64,000 nucleotides of DNA from Candidatus Babelota bacterium (lineage in GTDB: Bacteria > Babelota > Babeliae > Babelales > CAIQNR01), in contig CBFHTA010000002.1 in the NCBI GenBank assembly GCA_965658655.1, forward strand, positions 160,001-224,000, written 5' to 3'. Both the position numbers and the translations under genes were made by a program. A model generated the notes under the pieces. That model saw only the letters and a program-made list of their open reading frames with translations, was not told the DNA's origin and searched no databases. Below, in pieces: positions 19,400 through 30,332 of this stretch. Every line of letters starts with the position of its first letter. Position 1 is the first letter of the stretch.

Positions 19400-21031
19400 T
19401 TACTCACCGCCTTTCTCTTTCAAGCTCTTTTGTAGATCCTGAATAAAAGGAGATAAAGGATAACGATAAGTACGTGACAATCGTTGCTCATCTGTTAATG
19501 CATCTTTAGCATTGACTACAAAAACAGCACCTTCTGAAGTTTTAAAGACTATTCTTTTCTTTCTTACTGCTTTTCTTAATTCAGTACGCAAGTCTTTCAT
19601 ATTAGATACTTTAGTACCATTAATCTCTTCTATAATAGCTCCCGGTTGAATAACCACTAACCGATCAACCAACGAACTTGGCATAACATGCGTTACAATA
19701 AGCGCTGGTTCCATTTGATGCTTAAACTCTGCGTATTTAATAAGAGCCGGTGCATGAGACAAAAGTGTTTGTACAAGATTTAAATTCAATGGTTGGAATA
19801 ACATACCACTAAAGATCTCGTAATCTAATGGATCTTCCCCCACAATCACTTTTTTAACTGGTGCATCATCTACATAATTAAATTTGAACGAAATATTTTT
19901 TTGCTTACCATTTCGATACAGAAGCAATGTAATATCTTGCCCTTCTTCCCAACGAGTAATAAAGTCCATAAAAGAAAGCTTTTCTTCATTCCAAGGCACC
20001 TTTAAATCACCATATTCATCAATTGGCAACCCATTCACTTCGTAAATCATATCGCCACTTTTTACCCCTGATTTGGCAAGGGGACCATTCGGATGAACCT
20101 CAATAACATAACAACCACTTGGTACCGGATTACCCAAATGCTTTGCTAAATCATAGCTTCCATTACCAACCAATACACCTAAGAAAGGACGACGTAATAC
20201 TTTTCTTGTACGTAAATCATTACATATCATTTTCAATTCATTAACCGGAATAATGTACCCAACATTTTGTGCGCTTACAATTCCTGCTACAGAAACACCA
20301 ATAACTTCTCCATTCAAGTTCAATGCAGGGCCACCAGAACTTCCGGGGTTAATAGGAGACGAAATTTGAATTAAATATTTACCACCCAAATGCTCTCTTC
20401 CACTTACTACACCAGAAGTACTCTTTAATGATGCTTGCCCTAAAGGATAACCTAATGCAAGTACTTCATCAGCACGATGAAGCAAATCTGAATCACCCAG
20501 TTTTAAGAACGGAAGTTGATCTGTTCCTAAAACACGTTTAATCATTTCTTTACCTTGTGGAGTAATACGGAGCAATGCCAAATCTCGCTCTGGAGCTTTA
20601 CCTAAAACTTCTACTGGAATAATCGCTTTCCCCATAGATGGAATTTTAATCCAAACAGATTGCGCTTGATTAACTACATGCATGTTAGTGACTATTTCAC
20701 CCTTATCACTAATAAAAAAACCGCTTCCAAAGCCACCACCTTGAGCAGGTGTTTCGTATGGTTTTAATATATTAATTTCAGCTGTTTGAGCAATAACCTG
20801 AACTACTGTATCTTTTGCCAATGACTGCACTTTTGCCCACGGTTGAGCCGACACCATTTTCTCTACAACTTTAACCTCTCCTTTGGGCCTATAGTCATAC
20901 CTCATTGTTCCACTAAGTGCCGCAAGAGAACGTGATAATTCTTTTTGGTTTTCGTAACCTACATACAAGAAACAACCAAAAACTAACACTACCGCAAGTA
21001 TCAAAATTCTTTTTAAGAAGCGCATATTCAT
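19400..21031 (-). CDS. HtrA/DegP-like trypsin serine protease with PDZ domains
   Basis: GSGFFI, TNMHVV (His), RDLALL (Asp), INPGSSGGP (Ser); two PDZ-like regions; N-terminal TM. Confidence 0.9.
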   Translation of the reverse strand: MNMRFLKRILILAVVLVFGCFLYVGYENQKELSRSLAALSGTMRYDYRPKGEVKVVEKMVSAQPWAKVQSLAKDTVVQVIAQTAEINILKPYETPAQGGGFGSGFFISDKGEIVTNMHVVNQAQSVWIKIPSMGKAIIPVEVLGKAPERDLALLRITPQGKEMIKRVLGTDQLPFLKLGDSDLLHRADEVLALGYPLGQASLKSTSGVVSGREHLGGKYLIQISSPINPGSSGGPALNLNGEVIGVSVAGIVSAQNVGYIIPVNELKMICNDLRTRKVLRRPFLGVLVGNGSYDLAKHLGNPVPSGCYVIEVHPNGPLAKSGVKSGDMIYEVNGLPIDEYGDLKVPWNEEKLSFMDFITRWEEGQDITLLLYRNGKQKNISFKFNYVDDAPVKKVIVGEDPLDYEIFSGMLFQPLNLNLVQTLLSHAPALIKYAEFKHQMEPALIVTHVMPSSLVDRLVVIQPGAIIEEINGTKVSNMKDLRTELRKAVRKKRIVFKTSEGAVFVVNAKDALTDEQRLSRTYRYPLSPFIQDLQKSLKEKGGE

Positions 21032-21115
21032 GGAGTATATCCCCGGTTAAAGATTCAAAAATCCTCTATCAGTTTACTCTTTTTACCAAGCTTGGGAAGG
21101 GCAGAAAAAAAATAA

Positions 21116-22711
21116 TTACGCCCCTAAAAGCTCTTGTACTAATGGTGTAATTTGATAATTAAACGACTGGGAAAGGCGTTTTTCATCTTGTAACATCTGT
21201 TGTGTATCTAAGATAATTAAATTATCATCTTTTGTTTTGAATGTAGTAAATTCACGATCCTTTGAAAGTGTCAATGCTTGGCGAGCATCTTTGAGACAAG
21301 ATACTTTATGATCATTAATCTTTACTACAATGTCTCCCACTCCAATAGCCCGTGTCTGCTGAGCGCATGAAGTTGCAAAAACTTGTGTAACAATAAGAGC
21401 AGGAACCTCTCTATGCGCTTCTTCAAAAGTATAAGAACCTAGTGAATCAGCAACAGCAGGTAACTGTTGCGCCACTTCTGGATCTCTGAAAAAACTCACC
21501 AAGTTCAACGAAAGATCTTGCAATAAAACACCACCAACAATTTCGTAATCTATAGCATCATAGGGAACATACTTCCAGTTAACTGGAGGCTCTTCTGGGC
21601 AATGAACCAATCCTTTAAATATTTTTTTCACCCCATTCCTATACACTTCTAATTCAATAGGACTATTAAGAGGAAGCGAAGACATATAGTCAGACACGCT
21701 CATTCGATCATTTTGTCCTGAAATCTTAACAGTTCCGTATACATCAGCAGCATACCCATTAACACGATATAACATGTCACCTGCTTGCAAACCCAAAATA
21801 TGTAACAAACCATGCTCATGTATTTGTGTTAAGTAACAACCACTCGGAGTCGGATTATTAAAAAAACGTGCAAGTTCATCACCTGAAGCATAACAATAAC
21901 GAGCGCCTAGGTAAGGCTTTCTAACAAGAGACGATTTTAGCATATCATTTTGAATTAATTTAAACTCTGCAATAGGAAGTGCATAACCAATATTCTGAGC
22001 ATTCACGTTTCCTGCAGTGTTAATACCAACAACTTCACCTTGCTTGTTGAGTGTGGGTCCACCAGAACTTCCTGGATTAATTGGTGTGCTCACTTGAATA
22101 CAACGCGATTCTACCAGTCTGCCCCTACCGGTTGTAATAGTTATATGCTCTCTTCCACTCACAACACCCGTACAACTTTTTAGAGCTTCTTGACCCAACG
22201 GAAACCCTAAAGCAAGTAACTCATCTGAACGTTCAATTTTATCTGAATCACCAAATACTAAATACGGTACGAATGTGTTTATATCTTTAATAAGAGCGCA
22301 ATCTTCGGGAGAAATTTGTAAAAGCGCAAGATCTCGTTCAGGACACACACTTTTAATTGTTACTTCAATCATTTTTTTACCGAATAAAAGAGGCATTTGA
22401 ATCCCCACATTCAATGCACCTGCTACCACATGGTAATTGGTAAGAAGCAAACCATCTTCACTAATCAAAAACCCCGAACCTCTACCTTCTTCACTTTCCA
22501 TTCGATACGGTTTCACAACATTAGGCTCTACACCATAAGAAAAAACTTGAACTACTGCATGCTCAGATTCTTTTTGAATCTCATACCAAGTTCTATCATT
22601 TTTAGTTGGCCCCCTTAAAATAGCGCTCAAAGAACCTAACGAATACACAAGTCCCGGGCAACCAATCAAAAAACCAAAAATAATCACTTTCTTAAGAGAA
22701 GAACTTTTCAT
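21116..22711 (-). CDS. HtrA/DegP-like trypsin serine protease with PDZ domains (paralog)
   Basis: GSGFLI, TNYHVV, RDLALL, INPGSSGGP; collinear with the neighbour. Confidence 0.9.
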   Translation of the reverse strand: MKSSSLKKVIIFGFLIGCPGLVYSLGSLSAILRGPTKNDRTWYEIQKESEHAVVQVFSYGVEPNVVKPYRMESEEGRGSGFLISEDGLLLTNYHVVAGALNVGIQMPLLFGKKMIEVTIKSVCPERDLALLQISPEDCALIKDINTFVPYLVFGDSDKIERSDELLALGFPLGQEALKSCTGVVSGREHITITTGRGRLVESRCIQVSTPINPGSSGGPTLNKQGEVVGINTAGNVNAQNIGYALPIAEFKLIQNDMLKSSLVRKPYLGARYCYASGDELARFFNNPTPSGCYLTQIHEHGLLHILGLQAGDMLYRVNGYAADVYGTVKISGQNDRMSVSDYMSSLPLNSPIELEVYRNGVKKIFKGLVHCPEEPPVNWKYVPYDAIDYEIVGGVLLQDLSLNLVSFFRDPEVAQQLPAVADSLGSYTFEEAHREVPALIVTQVFATSCAQQTRAIGVGDIVVKINDHKVSCLKDARQALTLSKDREFTTFKTKDDNLIILDTQQMLQDEKRLSQSFNYQITPLVQELLGA

Positions 22712-22811
22712 ACTGGCCCTTGTAACCCCGCATTTGGGAGTTTTTTAAAAACTGTGGTAGACTAGCTTTTTTAGAAATTTATGAGAACACAATTCAGTTA
22801 AGGATAGTAAC

Positions 22812-24134
22812 ATGAAAACCTCTCAAACGCCACCTACCCTTGAAGACATCGTTTCACTCTGTAAGAGGCGAGGATTCATCTTTCCTGCAGCAGATATCTA
22901 CGGCGGAATCAATGGTATATACGATGTAGGACACTTTGGCGTATTGATGAAGCGTAACATAAGAAATTTATGGCTTTCTTCATTAAATAACCCTATGGGA
23001 CCAATTGTAGAAATTGAAGGATCTCTCTTAGGACCAGAGGCAATGTGGAAGGCGTCGGGGCATGTTGAAGGGTTTCATGATCCTATGGTGGATTGTAAAA
23101 ATTGCAAACGTCGTTTTAGAGCCGATGAGCTTGATCTAGAAAAAGTTTGCCAAGTTTGCGGAATAAAAGATTGGACCGATATTCGCGAATTTAACATGAT
23201 GTTTAAAACACAATTAGGAGCAATGGAAGATGCCTCTGCAAGAGCATATCTTCGCCCTGAAACTGCTCAAGCAATCTTCGTTAACTTTAAAAATATTATG
23301 TCTACCAATCGTGCTAAGATCCCTTTTGGCATTGCGCAAATTGGTAAAGCTTTTAGAAATGAAATTACACCAAAACAATTTCTCTTTAGAATGCGTGAGT
23401 TCGAGCAAATGGAACTCGAATGGTTCTGCAAACCAGACACTGCAGAGAAAACACTTGAGTATTGGATAAAACATCGTTTGGACTTCTATAAGTTCTTAGG
23501 TGTTAACGAAGAAAAAATAAGAATTCACCAACATGCAAAAGAAGAATTAGCACATTACTCTACCGCATGTTCAGACATTGAATATGAATTTCCTTTTGGA
23601 TGGAAAGAACTAGAAGGTATTGCTCACCGTGGTTGTTACGACCTTTCTCAACACACAAAACACTCAGGAAAAGAATTAACTGTTTACGATGACGAAAAGA
23701 AAGAATCATATACTCCACACGTAGTTGAATCTTCTGTAGGTGTAGACAGACTCTTCTTAACACTTTTATGTGATGCGTATTGTGTAGACGAAGTGGAAGG
23801 TGAAAAACGAACAGTACTTAAACTAAATCCTCTTGTGGCACCTTATACTGTTGCTTTTATGCCATTAACTAACAAGTTATCCGAACCAACATTTAAACTT
23901 TTTGCTCACTACAAACAACAAGGGTTAAACGTTGAGTTTGATCAATCAGGATCAATCGGTAAACGTTACCGTCGTCAAGATGAGATTGGAACGCCTTTTT
24001 GCGTAACTTTTGATTTTGAGACAGAACAAGATGGTTGCGTTACTGTGCGCGATCGTGATACGACAAAACAAGAACGTATAGAAGTAGGAAAGCTCACAAA
24101 TTATATTAATGAGCAGATTAAAGCAAAAATATAA
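22812..24134 (+). CDS. glyQS: glycine--tRNA ligase, homodimeric type
   Basis: LCKRRGFIFP, YLRPETAQ, IGKAFRNEITP..FLFRMREFEQME, GSIGKRYRRQDEIGTP. Confidence 0.97.
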   Translation: MKTSQTPPTLEDIVSLCKRRGFIFPAADIYGGINGIYDVGHFGVLMKRNIRNLWLSSLNNPMGPIVEIEGSLLGPEAMWKASGHVEGFHDPMVDCKNCKRRFRADELDLEKVCQVCGIKDWTDIREFNMMFKTQLGAMEDASARAYLRPETAQAIFVNFKNIMSTNRAKIPFGIAQIGKAFRNEITPKQFLFRMREFEQMELEWFCKPDTAEKTLEYWIKHRLDFYKFLGVNEEKIRIHQHAKEELAHYSTACSDIEYEFPFGWKELEGIAHRGCYDLSQHTKHSGKELTVYDDEKKESYTPHVVESSVGVDRLFLTLLCDAYCVDEVEGEKRTVLKLNPLVAPYTVAFMPLTNKLSEPTFKLFAHYKQQGLNVEFDQSGSIGKRYRRQDEIGTPFCVTFDFETEQDGCVTVRDRDTTKQERIEVGKLTNYINEQIKAKI

Positions 24135-24144
24135 AAGGGAAGAT

Positions 24145-24753
24145 GTGATACAAGCAATTCCGGGGCTACGTTGGACAGCAAGTTGGGTGCGAAAACTGTA
24201 TGACTGGATGGGCTCATTTGTAGATTCTCCCTACGGGTCCTGGATTTTGGCAGCATTCTTTTTTATTGAAGCGGTTTTCTTTTTTCCTTCAGACCCGCTT
24301 CTTATTTTGTTCTGTGTAGAAAAACAACGTAAAGCTTTATACTATGCAACAATAGCAACTCTTGCTTCTGTTTTAGGTGGCATAGCTGGTTACTATATTG
24401 GATATTCGGTGTTTGCAATCATTGGAAAAAAGCTCGTAAGTATTTTTTCTACGCAAGCTACATTTGATCGTTTGTGTGAACAATATCGCTTGTATCAAAA
24501 TTGGGCGGTGTTAGTCGCTGGATTTACACCCCTACCCTACAAACTAGTTACACTTACCGCTGGATTTTGCAAACTTCCTTTGTTGCCCTTTATCATGTGC
24601 TCTTTCATTGCACGTGGCGCTCGATTTTATTTAGTAGGAGGCGTCATTTATATTTGGGGTGGTAAAATTAAAACATACATTGATGAGTACTTCAATACTT
24701 TACTTATGATCTTTGTAGCGCTCGTCATTTTGACGGTTGTTGTACTTAAATAA
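24145..24753 (+). CDS. YqaA/DedA (VTT domain) membrane protein
   Basis: FIEAVFFFPSDPLL, ASVLGG..GY.IG, AGFTPLPYKL, RGARF; GTG 24145 has an RBS (ORF track starts at 24109). Confidence 0.9.
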   Translation: MIQAIPGLRWTASWVRKLYDWMGSFVDSPYGSWILAAFFFIEAVFFFPSDPLLILFCVEKQRKALYYATIATLASVLGGIAGYYIGYSVFAIIGKKLVSIFSTQATFDRLCEQYRLYQNWAVLVAGFTPLPYKLVTLTAGFCKLPLLPFIMCSFIARGARFYLVGGVIYIWGGKIKTYIDEYFNTLLMIFVALVILTVVVLK

Positions 24754-24778
24754 TAACGTAATGGTTTTATGAGGTAAC

Positions 24779-26110
24779 ATGGCCTTGAAAAGAATGCAAT
24801 TTTTTTCTCCTAGCAGAACAATTTTTCTCTCTATTGTTACTGCAATTCTGCTAGGAACGTTTTTGCTGGCACTGCCTATGTCTCAGACACGGCCTTTGCC
24901 ACTCATAGATGTGTTTTTTACCGCGACATCTGCAACTACTGTAACGGGATTGTTAACCATTCCAATCGACAGTTTTACGCACATCGGTCTTTGTGTCATT
25001 ATGTTTTTAATACAGATTGGTGGGCTTGGCCTTATTACCTTAACACTCTTTGTGGTATCTCTCTTTACCAACCTTGGTTTAGGAACACAGGTAATGGCTG
25101 GAGAAATGCTAGACTTAGAATCATGGAAAGACACGCGTAAGATCTTGTTTTTTGTTATTTTAATTACCTTCACCTTTGAAGCACTTGGGGCGATTTTTGT
25201 TTTTCAAACTCTACGCAATGATTTTTCTGCCTTCGATTCTGTTTTCTTTTCTATTTTTCATGCAATCTCGTCATTTTGCAATGCAGGAATGACCCCCTTT
25301 AAAGAGGGTATGATTCTTTTCAACCACAACTACAACATGCTTTTAACAACCGCTTTTTTAATGATTGCAGGAGGAATTGGTTTTATCACCTGGCGAGAGC
25401 TTATAACAAAATGGAACCCTTTTAAGAAAACACCAAAACATCGAACCCTCCAAACCCGTATTGTTCTCTATTATTATTTCTTCTTAATATTTGTTAATAC
25501 TGTTGTTTTTTGGCTTTTGGAACACGATAATACTTTTGAGACCATGAGCCTCCCCTTACAACTTATTCAATCTTTTTTTACTTCCGTAACTGTAAGGAGC
25601 GGAGGTTATTTATCGGTGTATCCCAATGATATGGAACATGCATCACTCTTTTCTATGATGGTTAACGCCTTTATTGGTTCGGCTCCAGGCTCTACTGGAA
25701 GTGGTATAAAAGTAACCACTATGGCAATCTTTTTAGCAACTATCAATGCTGCTGTATTTAATCAATCATCAGTCGATTTACGAGGAAGAAGAGTCATGAA
25801 AGACCAAGTGTATCGTGCTTTAGCAATTGTTGCTTTGAGTATGGCCTGGATTGTAATTGTAACTTTTTGTTTATTAATTACAGAAAAAACTTGGAACTTT
25901 TTAGATATAGCATTCGAAACAATTTCTGCTTTTTCTACGCTGGGAGCGTCTTTGGGAATTACACCATATCTTTCTATTGTAGGGAAAATTCTTATTGCAT
26001 GCACCATGTTTATTGGTCGTGTTGGTTCTTTAACCCTTATGATTGCGCTGCGTCCACAAGTTGAAAAAACTGGATTCGCTTATCCAGAAGAACGTGTCAT
26101 GATAACGTAA
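24779..26110 (+). CDS. ktrB: KtrB/TrkH potassium uptake membrane subunit
   Basis: SATTVTGL, IQIGGLG, SSFCNAG, PGSTGSGIKVTT, FETISAFSTLG, MFIGRVG pore loops. Confidence 0.92.
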   Translation: MALKRMQFFSPSRTIFLSIVTAILLGTFLLALPMSQTRPLPLIDVFFTATSATTVTGLLTIPIDSFTHIGLCVIMFLIQIGGLGLITLTLFVVSLFTNLGLGTQVMAGEMLDLESWKDTRKILFFVILITFTFEALGAIFVFQTLRNDFSAFDSVFFSIFHAISSFCNAGMTPFKEGMILFNHNYNMLLTTAFLMIAGGIGFITWRELITKWNPFKKTPKHRTLQTRIVLYYYFFLIFVNTVVFWLLEHDNTFETMSLPLQLIQSFFTSVTVRSGGYLSVYPNDMEHASLFSMMVNAFIGSAPGSTGSGIKVTTMAIFLATINAAVFNQSSVDLRGRRVMKDQVYRALAIVALSMAWIVIVTFCLLITEKTWNFLDIAFETISAFSTLGASLGITPYLSIVGKILIACTMFIGRVGSLTLMIALRPQVEKTGFAYPEERVMIT

Positions 26111-26122
26111 CGAGGTATAAAT

Positions 26123-26767
26123 ATGAAAGTTGGTGTTATTGGTTTAGGAAGATTTGGTTATAGTGTTGCAACTACACTATCCGAAAAAGGCATTGAAGTC
26201 TTGGCCATTGATAGTAATGAAGACATTATTTCATCTATTCGTGATTCTGTAACCCAAGCTGTATGCGCAAAAATAACAGATGAAAATTCTTTACGATCTG
26301 TAGGCGCAGACGAAATGGATACCATTATTGTAGCTATGGGTGAAAACTTTGCACAGTCTATCCTGATAACTGCACTGCTCAAGAAACGCCTACAGGTTTC
26401 TCGCGTTATTACTCGTAGTATTAACAATATTCATCGCGAGATTGTAACACTCATTGGAGCAGACGAAACTATTATTCCAGAAGAAGATATTGGAGTGCGG
26501 CTGGCAGAACAAATTAGTTCTCCTTTCTCACAGTTCTTTCGTCTTACTGCACAATTTTCTGTGAGCCAATTAGAAGCTCCACCAAGTTTTATTGGTATTC
26601 AAGTCAATAGTCTAGAAATATTTAAAAACTATAAAGTACGTTGTATTGCTCTGAAAGAGGGAGAGACTTTTGCACCAATCGACCCTGAATACGTCATTAA
26701 AGAAGATGATATGCTTTTGATGGCTGGTCGGGAAGACGATCTCAAGAAGATTGCACGACTCTCATAA
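26123..26767 (+). CDS. ktrA: KtrA/TrkA potassium uptake NAD-binding subunit
   Basis: VIGLGRFG Rossmann (RCK) motif; operon with ktrB. Confidence 0.92.
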   Translation: MKVGVIGLGRFGYSVATTLSEKGIEVLAIDSNEDIISSIRDSVTQAVCAKITDENSLRSVGADEMDTIIVAMGENFAQSILITALLKKRLQVSRVITRSINNIHREIVTLIGADETIIPEEDIGVRLAEQISSPFSQFFRLTAQFSVSQLEAPPSFIGIQVNSLEIFKNYKVRCIALKEGETFAPIDPEYVIKEDDMLLMAGREDDLKKIARLS

Positions 26768-26799
26768 AAAACAAAGTCTCATAAAAAAGGAGAAGTAGT

Positions 26800-27786
26800 A
26801 TGCTATTAGGTAGTGGTTTATTTTGTTGTTTTATTTCTATTCTAACCTACTCAGTTTACATGGTTGCTCTTAAACCGGTAAAACACAGAATACTTACTCT
26901 TTTTTGGATAAACTGCGTTGCTTATCTGGGCTACATAACCATTTACTTTTTTCGCAAGCTTCATCTTGAACACGATGTACGAGCACTTGAACAATTACTT
27001 TTTACATTCACCCTATCTAACGTACCCCTTTATATTTTAATGGCATGTTTTTTCGTTGGATCATTTGTATTATTGAATTACTTAATGGATCATTTTGAAA
27101 TCTCCTTAATCACTCCTGTTACCGAAATCAGCATTCTTTTTACCACAATTGGCTACCTTTTACTCGGTAATCCTTTTTCTTGGATTGTAATGCTGAGCGT
27201 AAGCATTATTTTTATAGGAGCTATTACATCGGGTATGAAAACACTCTCTCTAGCCAACCCATTTAAAGATCTTAAACGAATTCCTCGCACACTGATTGCT
27301 GGAGGCACCCTTCAAGCATTTTTTGAATCAAGCGCCATGCTTATAACTTTTTTATGTACCCATCAAACCAATGTAAATAAAGCAATTTTCAACTTTTTAA
27401 ATATTGCATTTAAAAACATTTATGATGTTCCTTTTTCATTTCACCAGCCTTTCTATTACAACGTTGGAGTAAGATTTTTCATTGTTCTTATCTTTACGCT
27501 TTATCTGCTCATTCACAAAAAATATCGAATGGAAATTATTACCCACCCATTTGAAAATACTCAAAACACACTTACTCTAAGTCTTGTTTTTCTTATTTCA
27601 ATTGTTGCTTATCAAACGGCTTATCAAGATATACCAGACAAGAATGTTTTAGTTGCTTTACGTAAATTAACTATTCCTACTATTTTATTTATTAGTTACT
27701 ACACATTAGGTGAGCGAATAACACGTCCAAAACTTATTGGGTGTATTATAATTGTTCTAGGAGGAATGCTAAGCTTAACCGTGTAA
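26800..27786 (+). CDS. EamA/DMT-superfamily transporter
   Basis: About 10 TM helices; C-terminal LGERITRPKLIGCIIIVLGG DMT signature. Confidence 0.75.
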   Translation: MLLGSGLFCCFISILTYSVYMVALKPVKHRILTLFWINCVAYLGYITIYFFRKLHLEHDVRALEQLLFTFTLSNVPLYILMACFFVGSFVLLNYLMDHFEISLITPVTEISILFTTIGYLLLGNPFSWIVMLSVSIIFIGAITSGMKTLSLANPFKDLKRIPRTLIAGGTLQAFFESSAMLITFLCTHQTNVNKAIFNFLNIAFKNIYDVPFSFHQPFYYNVGVRFFIVLIFTLYLLIHKKYRMEIITHPFENTQNTLTLSLVFLISIVAYQTAYQDIPDKNVLVALRKLTIPTILFISYYTLGERITRPKLIGCIIIVLGGMLSLTV

Positions 27787-27808
27787 TTGTTTATAGGGAA
27801 ATAATGCT

Positions 27809-28792
27809 ATGATGTCTTTATTCAATTTTTCTATCGCATTTAGTTTTGTAGTTCTATCGAGCCTTGCTGCCGTTATTTTAAAACAAGCGCCCAAAAAAAA
27901 CATTTTAGTTTTGTGGACAATGCTCATCATGTTTTTTCTCGCACATGTTGCATTTATTATTCTAAAAATACAAAGTGGTATGACTCTTTACCAAACTATT
28001 CTGTTTATTCTTCCTCTATACACAGATAATATTCCTTTTTATCTTATACGAGGAGGATCCATTATATTTGGAAATGTTTTAATTTTCTATTTACTAAATA
28101 ACTTCCCCGTTTCTAAAGTTATCCTTGTGCTACAACTGGCAATTCCTATTTCAGCTATCTGTTTTACCTTACTTGGCAACCCCATTACATGGAATGCTAT
28201 TTTGGGAACGGTGATTGTAACTATTGGAGCCCTTATCTCTGGATTCAAAAAATTTGAATTTCCGAATGTATTTAAACCTCTTTTAGAAATCCCCCCTAAA
28301 CTTTATATCATTGGTCTTTTAAAGGCATCTGCGCGTGTATTGGGGTCATTAATCCTCTTTATTCTTTCAACTCGAACAACAGAAACCGTTGCGCTACACC
28401 ATATTCTTAAACATTCTTTATTTTTTGATTTAACGCATCTTACTTTCTATACCACACTTGACTACGCTATTGGTATGGCCCCATGGATTTTAACTACCTA
28501 TTTCCTTTACTTCTTTCTGATTGAAAAAGTGCGATGGGGTGATATGACAGAGTATGCAAACAAACACACTCAATTAATACTCCTAAATGGCACAGTTATG
28601 TCTTTCAGTTATATAGCGTATGCCTATGCGTTTGGACATATAAAAGATAAATTTTTAATGTCTGTTATGGGGAAATGCCAAATTCCTTTAACACTTATAT
28701 TTGCTGTTTATCTGTTAAACGAAAAAATAACTTTCCCTCAAAAAATAGCTACTGTCTTTATTTTAGCTGGAGGCGCCATTAGCATTTTGTAA
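27809..28792 (+). CDS. EamA/DMT-superfamily transporter (paralog)
   Basis: About 10 TMs; LLNEKITFPQKIATVFILAGG; shares GA.ISGFK.FEFPN.FKPLL.IP with the next gene. Confidence 0.75.
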   Translation: MMSLFNFSIAFSFVVLSSLAAVILKQAPKKNILVLWTMLIMFFLAHVAFIILKIQSGMTLYQTILFILPLYTDNIPFYLIRGGSIIFGNVLIFYLLNNFPVSKVILVLQLAIPISAICFTLLGNPITWNAILGTVIVTIGALISGFKKFEFPNVFKPLLEIPPKLYIIGLLKASARVLGSLILFILSTRTTETVALHHILKHSLFFDLTHLTFYTTLDYAIGMAPWILTTYFLYFFLIEKVRWGDMTEYANKHTQLILLNGTVMSFSYIAYAYAFGHIKDKFLMSVMGKCQIPLTLIFAVYLLNEKITFPQKIATVFILAGGAISIL

Positions 28793-28807
28793 AAAAAGGA
28801 AAATGTA

Positions 28808-29791
28808 ATGATTTCATTGTGGCATATCGGTTGTATTTTTTCAGGAATTTTTTCCTATATCTTTTTTAATATCCAAATAAAAAAAGCTCACTCCACAACA
28901 TTCACCTGTTTGAGTTCCTACATTTGTGCTAATGTCTTATTCTTTTTGGTATTTTTCATACAAAAATGGGCAACTACAGGATCTTTTCATAACGCAAGCT
29001 CACATTTAGGAAAAATCTTTTGTACAGATATACTTTGGAGTATTATAGGAAGTCTTATCCTGCTATTAATGTCCATTATATTTGCACACTTACTCGAGAA
29101 CTATCCCGTTTCAAACGTAACAATGGTGCTTCAACTCGGTGTGCCCATTAGTTCTTTTGGTTATTATCTAGTAGGCAATATAGCTTCTCCTTCACAATTC
29201 ACAGGAATCATCATCATTACCCTAGGAGCAATTATTTCTGGCTTTAAACAATTTGAATTTCCTAATATTTTCAAACCGCTCCTCTCTATCCCTTTAACAT
29301 TGTATGCTTTAGGAATTTTACGTAGCATTATTTCTTCAATGGGAAAAATTGTAGTTTTTATTGTTTCACAAAAAACAACCCAAACTCTCGATTTTCATCA
29401 TCTAATCAATAACTTTGATGACTTTTCCCCTGTGTCTAATGTATTTGAGGTTGCACTAGATTTTGTAGTAGGACGTAGTCCCTTTCTAATTTTTACTTTT
29501 ATTTTATACATACTTTATCTGGAACAATTTTCTTTTAAAAATATTATTAAAAAAACCAAACAAGATGCTTACTCTATTATTACAGCAGGATTATTAATAA
29601 GTATTTATACCGGACTCTATTATTACGTCTTCCAAACAATCGAACACAAATCTGTACTCTCTGCTCTTAATAAATTTAAAATACCATTTACCGTTATCAT
29701 CGCCAGCTTCGTATTAAAGGAAAAAATTAATTTCCCCAAAAAAGTTGCCACCTTTTTAATTGTAGCAGGAGGTCTCTTAGCAGCTTTATAA
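28808..29791 (+). CDS. EamA/DMT-superfamily transporter (paralog)
   Basis: About 10 TMs; VLKEKINFPKKVATFLIVAGG. Confidence 0.75.
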   Translation: MISLWHIGCIFSGIFSYIFFNIQIKKAHSTTFTCLSSYICANVLFFLVFFIQKWATTGSFHNASSHLGKIFCTDILWSIIGSLILLLMSIIFAHLLENYPVSNVTMVLQLGVPISSFGYYLVGNIASPSQFTGIIIITLGAIISGFKQFEFPNIFKPLLSIPLTLYALGILRSIISSMGKIVVFIVSQKTTQTLDFHHLINNFDDFSPVSNVFEVALDFVVGRSPFLIFTFILYILYLEQFSFKNIIKKTKQDAYSIITAGLLISIYTGLYYYVFQTIEHKSVLSALNKFKIPFTVIIASFVLKEKINFPKKVATFLIVAGGLLAAL

Positions 29792-29887
29792 AAATTTTTT
29801 AACAAAGGTTTTTATTGTATTTGTATACTATGCAAAGAAACAGAAATCATATGAATAAGTTCTATTATCTTCTTCAAAAATACAAAT

Positions 29888-29915
29888 AAAAAAAGCACCG
29901 ATTTCTCGGTGCTTT
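29888..29915 (-). terminator. rho-independent terminator after rplU (possibly bidirectional)
   Basis: aaagcaccga-tttc-tcggtgcttt stem with A-run. Confidence 0.8.
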
Positions 29916-29939
29916 AAATTTTTATACTGAATAACTTAC

Positions 29940-30332
29940 TTACTCAGCTGACTTTTCAGTTGCTTTTTTTGGAGCTGTCTTTTTAGGAGCAGTTCCAGCA
30001 CCCAAAGATTCGATGCGAATAACCGTCAAACACTGTCTGTGTCCTTTTTTAACACGAGACTTCTTACGACGTTTAAATCTGAAAATGGTTAATTTAGGTC
30101 CTTTTGTTTGTTTAACAATAGACGCCTTAATTGCACCTGTGAGTGTCGGCTGACCGATTTCAAACTTATCGTCAGCGAGCTTGCGAAAGAGAACATCGCT
30201 AAATTCAACGGTATCACCATCTTGTCCAGAAAGCTTTTCTACCGCAATTGTTTTTCCTTCGATGGCTTGGTATTGTTTACCACCTGTTTGGAAAATAGCG
30301 TATCGCTCAAACTCAGTTGTTTGTGCTGCCAT
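29940..30332 (-). CDS. rplU: 50S ribosomal protein L21
   Basis: YAIFQTGGKQY and KRRKKSRVKKGHRQ signatures; Lys/Ala-rich tail. Confidence 0.97.
   Translation of the reverse strand: MAAQTTEFERYAIFQTGGKQYQAIEGKTIAVEKLSGQDGDTVEFSDVLFRKLADDKFEIGQPTLTGAIKASIVKQTKGPKLTIFRFKRRKKSRVKKGHRQCLTVIRIESLGAGTAPKKTAPKKATEKSAE

Noticed and set aside
29940..30332. rplU not followed by rpmA
   Set aside because: Operon breakage is common in rearranged genomes; little significance alone
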